DNA from: Callorhinchus milii
Taxonomy: Eukaryota
Direction: 5' to 3'
DNA length: 64,000 nt
NCBI RefSeq assembly: GCF_018977255.1
Contig: NW_024704742.1
Coordinates: forward strand, 64,730,001-64,794,000
Position numbers and translations under genes: made by a program. Positions 27,669 to 38,148 of this stretch are shown one piece after another. The first letter of the stretch is position 1, and each line of letters starts with the position of its first letter. Below the pieces are notes generated by a model that was given only the letters and a program-made list of their open reading frames with translations, made no database searches and had not been told where the DNA came from.

Positions 27669-28176
27669 GACAACAACAAGATTACATTTGTATCGCGCCT
27701 TTCATGTTGGGAGGATGTCCCAAGGCGCTGGACAGAGTACAGCATTTCAGACCCAAGCTGGGGTTGGGGGGGAAGGGAGGGGAGGGGAAGAGGGGTGGCT
27801 GGTGGGATGGTCGAAGAGGAGGGTCTTGAGGCGGGACTTGAAGGAGGCTAAGGAGGGGGCGAGGCGGAGTGACTGGGAGATGGAATTCCAGAGGTTGGGG
27901 GTAGAGTGGCTGAAGGCTCTCCCGCCAAAGGTGGGCTGGGTGGGTCGGGGAACGTGGAGCAGGCCAGAGCCGGCTGAGCGGAGGGAGCGGGCGGGTTGGT
28001 AGGAGGTTAGGAGGTCGCAGAGGTAGGGTGGGGTGAAGTCATGGAGGGCTTTGTAGGTGAGGACCAGCATCTTGAACTGGATCTACTGAAGGATAGGAAG
28101 CTAGTGGAGTCGGGCGAGAGTGGGGGAGATGGGGTCACGGATTTTGGTGCGGGAGAGGACACGGGCTGCAGAGTTC
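27669..28176 (-). mobile_element. L2 LINE 3' fragment, relatively young
   Basis: NSAARVLSRTKIRDPISPTLARLH ... LVLTYKALHDFTPPYLCDLL ... GGRAFSHSTPNLWNSI ... FKSRLKTLLF, plus L2 tail. Confidence 0.92.
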
Positions 28177-30865
28177 CGCCGGTCCTTACGAAACTCAGGA
28201 AATAAAGCTAGAGGCTGGATCATCGATTGCGAGATGGATTTGCAGGACATGAGGGGAAGTGGACTGAGAGACTGATCTGGGCTATAAACCATCAGAGGTA
28301 GAGAACATGAACTGGCAAGGCAGCTACAATATTTAATGGATGGAGCAGTGATCTCAGCCTTACAGGTATCTGGCAGAACATATACCCCAAGAGAGGTACT
28401 TTATTCACAAACTACAGCCCTCTCAAGCCAAACTAATTTACTAGCTAAGTGCCCTAGTTTTCCTCCCCCATCCTGGCTCACCATATTGCCCCTGAATCAA
28501 TCCATGCCCCCATGAGCAAAGCAAACAGAGGCACATCTAACACTCATCCAATCATAACACATCTTAATTATACCTTACATTGCATATACAGTATCGTAGT
28601 TGTTAAACGATAACTGATAATATGATTGATAATGTCAAAGTACTGTGCATTTTTGTCACATCAACCTCGTTGGTATTGCAGTTGCCCATTATTAGTTTTG
28701 TTCTTTTTGGTCTGTTCATTTTATTGGTTTGATTGCTACCATTTATAATAATACTTCCACTTGGTACAGAGCCTTTCACATCATGAGGACGTCCCAAAGT
28801 ACTTCATGGGAGACACTTGTAAAGTGGAGTGACTGTTTTGTGGGAAAAACGCTACAGATTATTTTTTACCAGATTTTAAAAAAAACTAGGCAGGGCTGGG
28901 CCGTAAGCAGCGGGCATCATCAAACTAGGTGTCTGTGGTCCACTCCCTGAATAACAGGCAGACATGAACCTGGAATTTCCATGTATATTTGGGATGCACG
29001 AAATGCTTAGCTTGGTTTGGATACTCTTAAGTACGGTGATGGGTTTCCGCATGTGTCAGACACCAGCCTGTCCATTCTAACACAGTTGGAATCCAGTCTA
29101 CTTTAGGGAGGGAGGGGAGATGGGTGTCAAGGGGCCATCAGTCAAGTCAGTTAAGCAGCTGGGGGCATGCCAAGAGTTGTACTAAAGTGAATCCAGCTGC
29201 TGTAGAAACCACCCCGCAACAAAGAGCACAGGGAAGGCCAGGCAGTATTGCACAACCACTTCAGGAAATGGTTTCTGCAATTTTTTATTTTGGTCTTCGG
29301 CATTACTGACATGCGGAAACCCACTCAACGTACAAAAGGAAGAGTTCCGCATATGTACTGAAAGTAAATTTCCATTTGTCTGCTGTGAAGCGTTCAACTC
29401 TCTCTCCCCGGAGCGCTGCCCTGAACCATATTTAATTCCAGAGGATTTAGGCACAGATTGGGAAGAGCAATGGCTTGGGGACCACAGTGTCTGTTGGGGT
29501 AATGCTCATGTTTACAAGTTAAAGCCACATAGCCTGTCATTGCAAACACTGGCATGATTCCAGATGCTTGTCCAGCTAGGACCACCTAACACTCTAATAA
29601 TAAGAATCCCATATGCAACCTTGGCGTCAGGTTCGACCCCCAATTGTCCTTCCTCCCCCACATCCGGTCCCTCACCAGCACCACCTTCTTCCACCTCCGA
29701 CGCATCGCCCATCTTTTCGACCGTGCCTTTGGTCACCTTCCTCCCCTCCCCCTGGCTCGGCCCCAGGATTCGTTACTGTGAAGCGCTCTGAGATGCCGTC
29801 CAGCATGGAGGGCGCTATATAAATACAAGTTGTTTTTGAATAATACTTGCATTTGATATCCAACAACAGCAAAATTACATTTGTATAAGTGTCTTTCACG
29901 TTGGGAGGACGTCTCAAGGAGCTTCACGGGATATAGTGTAAAATGGATTGACTTTATATTTTGTGAGCAAAACGCGGCAGCCAGTTTGCGCGCAGCAGTG
30001 TCCCACAAACAGTCGTGGAGTGAGTGCCCAGTGTGTGTTCACCCTAGGGTTAACAGGAACTGAAAAAAATGAATCCGAGCTCCCAGAGACTGGTCTGCTC
30101 TGCCAGGTTCTGCTGATAAGCCTGGCGGGCTGGCCCATCATCAAAAGTGCCTTAAAAGTACAGGGGATCTGTTTGGTTCAGGAATTAAGACTACCGAGAC
30201 CACCACAGAAGACTGACTCAATTGCACTATTCCATTGTCAAGCACGTCACTTTGGAGCTATTGAACCATAGACATTTACAGCAAAGAAGAAGGCCATCCG
30301 GCCTGCCGTGTCTGTGCTGGTTCTTTTAAAGAGCAATCCTTCCTGTTCCACTTACCTGGCCTTCCCTGAACCTCTGTAATTTCTTCTTTTTTAGATACCT
30401 AACTAGTTTTGAAAGCCGACACAGCGCCCAAAGAGATCCTGTTTAGCTTACCTTCCCCCTTTCCCCAGAGAATAGTCACTAGTTGGTTATTAGACATCTG
30501 ACATGCCCAGGTTTGAGCCATTGCTAGGTGCAAATCAGACACCAGGAACTCCTTATAATAATAATCCTTGCATTTATCACGTGTCAAGATGTCTCAAAGT
30601 GCTTCACAGAATATACTGCAAAATGAATTGACTATTTTGTAGGCAAAATGTGGCAGCCAATTGTTCACAGCAATGTCTCACAAAGTTATGGATTGAGTGA
30701 CCAAATGATAATTCTATTTTCTTATAATACCAGGAACTCATTATAATAATAACCCTTGCATTTAATAAGGTGCCTTATCACGTTGGTGAGACACCTCAAA
30801 CCGCTTCACAGAATATACTGTAAATTGACTGTATTTTGTGAGCAAAACGCAGCAGCCAATTGCGC

Positions 30866-31352
30866 AACAAGATTACATTTGTATAGCGCCTTTCATGTCG
30901 GGAGGATGTCCAGGCACTGGACAGACTATAGCATTTCAGACCCAAGCTGGGGTTGGGGGGGAAAGGGAGGGAAGGCAAAGGGGAGTGGCCGATGGCATGG
31001 TCGAAGAGGAGGGTCTTGAGGTGGGACTTGAAGGAGGCTAAGGAGGGGGTGAGGCGGAGTGACTGGGGGATGGAATTCCAGAGGTTGGGGGCAGAGTGGC
31101 TGAAGGCTCTCCGCCAATGGAGGGCACGTGGTGTCGGGGGACATGGAGCAGGTCAGAGTCGGCTGAGCGGAGGGAACGGGCGAGTTGGTAGGGAGTTAGG
31201 AGGTCACAGAGGTAGGGTGGGGCGAGGCCATGGAGAGCTTTGTAGGTGAGGACCAGGATCTTGAACTGGATCCTCTGAAGGACAGGGAGCCAATAGTCGG
31301 GCGAGAGTGGGGGAGATGGGGTCACGGAGTTTGGTTCGGGAGAGGACACGGG
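30866..31352 (-). mobile_element. L2 LINE 3' fragment inserted in a SINE
   Basis: WLPVLQRIQFKILVLTYKALHGLAPPYLCDLL; highly similar to the 27669 copy. Confidence 0.92.
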
Positions 31353-32151
31353 TAAACAGTTTCTCACAAACAATCGTGGATTGAGTGAACAAATTATTCT
31401 GATAATTATTGTTTGTGAGCTACACAGCGATCAGTACAAAATGCACAAAGAGACTTTGCCTTCACAATGCTGAGCAACAGGTCAACATAAATGCAACACC
31501 ACTTGGTTCATGGGTTATAGGGTTCACACGTTGCAGATTTATGGTATTTGATGGATAGGCAATCTTTGGCCTCTCTGTATAAAAGCGAGAAGTTACAGTT
31601 GGAGGAGTGCTTTCACTATGAAACACAACACCAACCACCCTCTCCTAACTTTCCACCGTGTCATATTCGATTACGCAACTCCTACAAAGAAACAGATTAT
31701 TTCAGCAAAGCGCAGCTTCAATCAACGTCCCCACATATTCTGCAAGAACAACTGTTCGCTCGGCTAATACCCCAAACCAGCATCATCTGGCAAATTATTG
31801 CAATAATAGTAGTGACTGTGTAGCTGATCTTATTCACATTATAGATACATATGCAAAATCAGTCACGTAAGCCAACCTGTGGGATTCCCCAAAATACAGA
31901 GCTGTATTAAAGGTCCTAATAAAGTTAACACTAGGATGACTGTTTCAGTGTAAATCAATGAGTCACCACAGCACTCACTATACTCCAAGTATAATAGTTA
32001 TTAAATATTTAAACACACGCATCGTACGTGTGGACTCTGACACGTCTCAGGAGAATCAGGGACGGCGAACTTATTGATCGGGCAGAAATTGTGGCCCACT
32101 ACATCGGAATCACTTGCTCTGCTAATGGGAGAGGTTTGTGTTTCTGGGTAA

Positions 32152-32309
32152 GCACTCGGCCAAGGGGTGGGGGCACTCGGCCAAGGGGTGGGGGCACTCG
32201 GCCAAGGGGTGGGGGCACTCGGCCAAGGGGTGGGGGCACTCGGCCAAGGGGTGGGGGCACTCGGCCAAGGGGGGGGGGCACTCGCCAAGGGGGGGGGGCA
32301 CTCGGCCAA
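32152..32309. repeat. 21-bp minisatellite (GCACTCGGCCAAGGGGTGGGG), about 7.5 copies
   Basis: Direct tandem units read from the sequence. Confidence 0.95.
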
Positions 32310-32442
32310 AGAGAAGGGAGAGCACCCGCTAAAAGGGGGAGGGGGGAGAGTGAGGGAGGGGGGTACGACTGAGCTGGAACCACATGGCTTCCCCTGAGAG
32401 CTCAGATACAGAGAGAGGAAAATCAGCACGACCTTGGTTATA

Positions 32443-33316
32443 GCCCCCCCCCCCCACACACACACAGCGCCCCCACGCACCCGCACAGCCCCCCGCACAC
32501 GCACGCACAGCCCCCCCTGCACATGCGCGCACAGCCCGCACACGCGCGCACAGCCCGCACACAGCCCCCCCGCACACAGCCCCCCCGCGCACAGCCCCAC
32601 GCCCCCCGCACAGCCCCCCCCCACGCCCACAGCCCCCCCACACACAGCCCCCCCACACAAAGCCCCCCCACACACACGCACGCACAGCCCCCCCGGCACA
32701 TGCGCGTACAGCCCGCACATGTGCGCACAGCCCCCCCGCCACAGCCCCCCCCCCCGCACACAGCCCCCCCCCGCACACAGCCCCCCCCCGCACTCAGCCC
32801 CCCCCCCCGCACACAGCCCCCCCACCCCGCACACAGCCCCCCCCACCCCGCACACAGCCCCCCCCACCCCGCACACAGCCCCCCACCCCGCACACAGCCC
32901 CACCCCCCGCACACAGCCCCCCCCGCACACAGCCCCCCCCCGCACTCAGCCCCCCCACCCCGCACACAGCCCCCCCCACCCCGCACACAGCCCCACCCCG
33001 CACACAGCCCCCCCACCCCGCACACAGCCCCCCCACCCCGCACACAGCCCCCCCACCCCGCACACAGCCCCCCCCCCGCACACAGCCCCCCCACCCCGCG
33101 CACAGCCCCCCCCCCCCCCGCGCACAGCCCCCCCCCCCCCCGCGCACAGCCCCCCCCCGCACACAGCCCCTCCCACCCCGCACAGCCCCCCCCACCCCGC
33201 ACACAGCCCCCCCCCCGCACACAGCCCCCCCACCCCGCACACAGCCCCCCCCCCCCCGCACACAGCCCCCCCCCTCCCCACACAGCCCCCCCCCGCACAC
33301 AGCCCCCCCACAGCCT
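32443..33316. repeat. C-rich minisatellite (GCACACAGCCCCCC-type), G-rich on the GRK sense strand
   Basis: Dozens of imperfect GCACACAG(C)n units. Confidence 0.95.
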
Positions 33317-33571
33317 GTAAGTGCTATTGTACCTACAGTCACACACTGTGTGTGTATGTGCACATGTATCAGTGCCCCTCCACTGTGAGGCCCCACAAAC
33401 AGCACTGCACCGCACCACTGCCCTCCACAACCCACACCACTGCCCCGGGCTCCGGCTGCCGGGGGGGGGGGAGAGGGGAGGGGAGTGGGGGTAGAAGTGG
33501 GAGAGGGAGGAGAGGAAGGGGTGGGGGGAGAGGGGAGGTGGGGGCTGGTGCCGGGGTTACAGGGAGTGTTG

Positions 33572-33846
33572 CTCCCTGTGTGCCCTGTGTGTGAGTTGCC
33601 CCCCCGCTGCCCTGTGTGCCCTGTGTGCCCTGTGTGTGAGTTGCCCCCCCGCTGCCCTGTGTGCCCTGTGTGTGAGTTGCCCCCCCGCTGCCCTGTGTGC
33701 CCTGTGTGCCCTGTGTGTGAGTTGCCCCCGCCTGCCCTGTGTGCCCTGTGTGTGAGTTGCCCCCCCGCTGCCCTGTGTGCCCTGTGTGTGAGTTGCCCCC
33801 CCGCTGCCCTGTGTGCCCTGTGTGTGAGTTGCCCCCCCGCTGCCCG
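33572..33846. repeat. Compound minisatellite (GCCCTGTGT)n-GTGAGTTGCCCCCCCGCT abutting the GRK exon-1 donor
   Basis: Direct tandem repeats; they generate the artefactual CPVCELPPR ORFs. Confidence 0.95.
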
Positions 33847-33852
33847 CCTTAC

Positions 33853-33904
33853 CCTCTCTGGCTTTCAGTAGCACTGTGTTGGCGACGATGTTTTCCAGCT
33901 CCAT
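33853..33904 (-). CDS. GRK4: G protein-coupled receptor kinase (GRK4/5/6 subfamily), coding exon 1
   Basis: ATG at 33904 gives MELENIVANTVLLKARE(G), the characteristic GRK4/5/6 N-terminus; 52 coding nt followed by a GTAAG donor (33852-33848), the known exon-1 size and phase. The subfamily is near certain; GRK4 rather than GRK5/6 rests on the neighbouring NOP14. Confidence 0.85.
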
Positions 33905-33932
33905 CCTATCGGCGCTGTGTGGGACCCGGAGT

Positions 33933-34112
33933 GGGTCTGACCCGGGCTCGGCGCTGGGTCTGACCCGGGCTCGGCGCTGGGTCTGACCCGGGCTCGGCGC
34001 TGGGTCTGACCCGGGCTCGGCGCTGGGTCTGACCCGGGCTCGGGGCTGGGTCTGACCCGGGCTCGGCGCTGGGTCTGACCCGGGCTCGGGGCTGTGTGTG
34101 ACCCGGGCTCGG
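33933..34112. repeat. 23-bp minisatellite (GGGTCTGACCCGGGCTCGGCGCT), 7 copies plus 1 degenerate, in the GRK 5' leader
   Basis: Units read directly, starting at 33933, 33956, 33979, 34002, 34025, 34048 and 34071. Confidence 0.95.
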
Positions 34113-34199
34113 TGTGTTGGCCTGGGATGGGCTGTGCTCACAGCTCCAGCTGGGAAGTGCTCTGCAATCAGTATCTCCCCTCATTGGTGGCCACAGCAG

Positions 34200-34764
34200 C
34201 CTCCTCCCTCCCTCCCTCCCTCTCTCTCTCTCTCTCCCTCCCTCCTCCTCCCTCTCTCTCTCTCCCCCTCCTTCCTCTCTCCCTCCTCCTCCCTCTCTCT
34301 CTCTCTCCCTCTTCTCTCTCTCCCTCCTCTCTCTGTCTCCCCCTCCCTCTTCTCTCTCCCTCTCTCTCTCCCCCTCCCTCTCTCTCTCCCCCTCCCTCCT
34401 CCTCTCTCTCTCTCTCCCTCTTCTCTCTCTCCCTCCTCTCTCTGTCTCCCCCTCCCTCTTCTCTCTCCTCCTTCTCTCTCCCTCTCCCTCCTCCTCTCTC
34501 TCTCTCTCCCTCTTCTCTCTCCCCTCTTCCTCTCTCTCTCTCTCTCCCCCTCCCTCCTCTCTCTCTCCTCTTCTCTCTCCCCTCCTTCCTCTCTCCCTCC
34601 TCCTCTTCTCTCTCTCCCTCCCTCCTCTCTCCCTCCTCCTCCTCTCTCTCCCTCCCTCCCTCCTCTCTCCTCCCCTCTGGGAAGCTTTGCTTCACTTTGT
34701 CCTTCTCCCTGACAATAACCTGCAACTCACTTCTCTGTCTCTCTCTTTCTCTCTCTCTCTCTCT
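34200..34764. repeat. Polypyrimidine/polypurine (CT/CCT) tract
   Basis: About 480 nt of almost exclusively C/T on the plus strand (34200-34678), with a short CT run to 34764. Confidence 0.95.
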
Positions 34765-36015
34765 GGGGCTATGCTATGTTAAGGCTCCTTTTTATTAAAA
34801 GAAATCTGAGAGGGAGGGTTTGCACTCCTGTACTTTGCATTTAGTTTTATTTTGTGTCACAGCTCTGTCCAGGTCACATTTTGGCTGCGTAATAAAGACT
34901 CCTTCAAATCATTCTTTTGAGGAGTACAATACTTTCCACTCTGTTTTGGCAATAACCTGCAGCTCAGCTCTCCCCAGGGACACACTGAGCTCCCAGTCTA
35001 GTTTAATTTAAGGTTATATTCTAATAATAATAACAATAATAATAATCCTTGCATTTGATATAGTGCTGGAGCTGCTGCGGCTGGGGTTACAGGGAGGGTT
35101 TTCTACATTTACTTCATTTTAACCGTGTTACTGCTCCCTCCCCCCAAACCCAACCCGGAGAGCGGAGGAGCTGCCTCAAGATGTCTCAAAAGCGCTTCAT
35201 GGGATATATTGTAAATTGGATTGATTGTAAATTCGGAAAACTTTAAAAGACTTCTTCATCACCCAGATAATAACGTGTAGTTCAGCTCCTCTTCAGGTCA
35301 CAATGGGCTCTCAGCTTCATTTAAAGTTATATTTACAAAACATCAAGACTTCGTAAACAAAATGCAAAATACTGCAGATGCTGGAAATCTGAAACAAAAC
35401 ACTTCTTAAATTTTTTTTGGCGGGGGTTTACAATACTTTGCATTTTGCTTTATGTAGCTCTCTGGGTTACATTGTGTTTCTTATTTGCTTTATTTATCCA
35501 CAAAACAAGAACAACAGAATTACATTTATATCGCGCCTTTCACGTCGGAAGGACATTCCAAGGTGCTGGACAGTTTAGGGTTTGTTAAGATCGCTTGGAG
35601 TCTAGCTCCGTGGGCCTTGAAGCAGGCAAGGGAGAAAACTCTAAAACTTCTTAAATAGTTTCCTTTTTTTGGTGGGGTGGGGGGTTTACAACAGTTTGCA
35701 TATTCTCGCTGTGACCTCAACATGCAGCTCAGCTCAACACTGGTTTACACTGTGGCTCTCAGTCTGGTTTCATTTTGGGTTATATTCACACACAATAAGA
35801 TGTCTTTAAAGAGATTTATTTTGTGGGGGGGAGAAGAGATCACAATGCTTTGCATTTTGACCCATTGATTTGTTTTAATTTTACATCCCCTGTTATGATA
35901 ATAACCTGCAGCTCAGCCCTGGCCTGCTCTCTCTCTAGGTTACATTGTGGCTCCCAACCCGATTTTATTCATTGTGACGTTCACAAAACACTGGGATTGT
36001 TTAAGAGTTGTTGTA

Positions 36016-36455
36016 CAGTCAAACCTGTTTTCAGCAACCACTCAGGGGACTGGACCAAAGTGGCCTTTATATAGGGTTTGTCAGTGTGTGTAGAATTTCT
36101 AAGTGTAAAGAAAAATTAGAAAAATACAGTGTGCATATGAACCCATAAATCACACTAATTTTAATAAAGTAAAAAATCAATTACAAAATACAAATTGTCA
36201 CTGAGTCAAACATTTCCTCGGGCCCATGTGTAGACTCCGGCTAGACTCCTAGCGTACACCAACACTGGCCTGAGGACCATATCTGGCTGTTAAAAAGAGT
36301 ATCAGTCTAGTGACAGGACTAAAGAAACGTGGCCACAGTTTGCGATGGACAGGTAGTTGCTGAATAGAGGTGGTTTATTATGTTAAAATCAGTCTGGACT
36401 GTAGTTGACAGCAGGTAATTGCTGAGAAGAGGTTGTTACTTTAACAGATTGACTG
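36016..36455. mobile_element. Tc1/mariner (pogo/Tigger-type) MITE
   Basis: TA-CAGTCAAACCTGTT ... AACAGATTGACTG-TA, with TA on both sides and subterminal CAGGT..TTGCTGA repeats. Confidence 0.7.
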
Positions 36456-37753
36456 TATAAGGGGAACCATCAATTTGCTTTATTTTGCATCTCCACCGAG
36501 ACACTAATTTGTATTTTACCACTGTGTTATTTTGCGGTTCCCCTTTCCTCGTTTCACTGTATTCACAAAATAGTTACAAACTCTCCTGAAACAAATAAAC
36601 AGACTGTATCATATTTTTCCTGGGAGGTGTGTGTGTGAGTGAACTCATCAGTCAAATGTATTTTGTTTATTTTTCATACCACCCACCCCACCACCACCAC
36701 CGATAACAGGGCACCCGTGGCTTTCTGTCCTGCATTCACAAAAAAAGCTCCAAACTAACTTTATCAGCGTTATCTGGTGGAGTGTTGCTTTAAGTATATT
36801 GCTTATTGGCCCAATAATTTGTTTTATTCCAAACCGCCATGACAGTAACACTCTCTCCTGTGTTGTCTTGTGGCTTCCTGCCCGTTTATTTATCCTTGTC
36901 CTCCCGATGTGAAAGACACTAAAGACACAAATGTAATTTGTTGTTGTTACATTCAGAAAATGCTACAAAAAAACTCCATCAGCAACCGCACTCATTGAAA
37001 CACCCAATAATGAAGGATTATGGCCCATTTGCATTAGCTTTTTACGCTTTTTCTCTCCCTCGTCTCTTCCTCTTTTAGTTTCCGTTCCGCAAAGACATCA
37101 GTATATCACGTGTCATGTTTGCCTCTTTATTTATTTTGAAATAGAAGTGTTGCTTTTGGTTTGTTTGAAAACTGAAAAAAAAACCTGACATGAGTTTAAG
37201 TAACCCCATTGAGTGTTGGTTACTGCCCTGCACAGGAAAGTGTTAGGTTCCACCCCGACATTGTGGTTTAATTGATCTAGTCCAGACTGGTTGTAAGGAC
37301 ATGAGAATTATACGAGAAGTTCAACCAAGAAGCTATTTAGTCCATTTTCCTCTCATATCACCCTTCATATCCTCCCATCACTGCATCAAGCTTTTTTGTT
37401 AGATGAATCTCTTGTCCTGGCCTCAACCAGCCTTCCTAATAATCTGTCTTAATAACCATTGATTAATTATCCTCTGGATAAAGAAATACTTCCTGATGTC
37501 TATCCTGAAATTGCCCTTGCATCCTTAAACCTGTGTTCTCTTGTTCTGTTGTCATGGTGCATTCCAAATGATGTTCTGGGGGGGGGAAATTCTGTGTGTT
37601 TTCACAGCAACGTAAACACACTGCAGTAACCAACATAGCAACATTTGAATGGCGTTTATAAAAACTCCCTTTCGGAAATCTAGCCTGCCTAATATTTCCT
37701 AGTACAGTGACCACACTCCTTTATGTACTGTGCTACTTTCCAACAATAAATAT

Positions 37754-38148
37754 GTCAGCTTGGCTCAGTTGATAACACTCTCCTCTGAGTCACAAGGTTG
37801 TGGGTGCAAGCCACGAGTTGGGACTTGGTACCCATATAGTCTATGCTGATACTCCGGGGGGGTGAGGAGTGGGAGGTGGGGGAATCAGAGAGCTGCGTTG
37901 AGACAAGTGTTATTCTTCAGATGAGACATTAAACCGAGGTCCTGTCTGCCTGTTCTGATGTACATTAAAGTTCCCTTGTTACTATTTGAAAAGAGAAAGG
38001 TCTTTCTCCCAGCATCCTTGCCAAAAATCCTCAAGGTAAAATTTGATCATTCACTTCATGGCTGTTTGTAAGACATCGCTGTGAAAAGTCATTACTACAA
38101 TAAAATCCTGTGAAGTGCTTTGATAATTTGATAAGGTGCTTTATCAAA
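37754..38148 (+). mobile_element. Older DeuSINE-type element (SacSINE1-like); other copies near 9907-10395(-), 17998-18260(-), 22120-22430(+), 23270-23460(+), 40325-40617(-), 43043-43428(-), 51400-51660(+), 58233-58600(+)
   Basis: Head GTCAGCTTGGCTCAGTTG...CTCTGAGTCA.AAGGTTGTGGGT.CAAGCC; body GATGAGACATTAAACCGAGG...GTGTCCTGGCCAAC; same L2-type tail. Family name from memory. Confidence 0.7.

Larger units (their letters stand above)
33430..34200 (-). promoter_or_regulatory. CpG-rich promoter/5' region of the GRK gene with a CCAAT box
   Basis: High GC and CpG density around exon 1; CCAATGAG on the minus strand at about 34180-34187. Confidence 0.55.

Noticed and set aside
32001..33594. Long ORFs (up to 386 aa, Pro/His- or Gly/Cys-rich) on both strands
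   Set aside because: They are translations of stop-free minisatellites inside GRK intron 1 and are open in most frames.
33933..34112. CRISPR-like array of palindromic repeats
   Set aside because: Head-to-tail repeats with no unique spacers, vertebrate context and no cas genes.
34094..34798. Leu/Ser/Pro and Glu/Arg ORFs of 185-234 aa
   Set aside because: Translations of the CT tract.
35066..35175. 110-bp insert in a SINE flanked by GGAGCTGC, sharing 14 bp with 33553-33566
   Set aside because: The flanking repeat is not part of the SINE target, so it is not a clear TSD, and the match is too short to assign a source.
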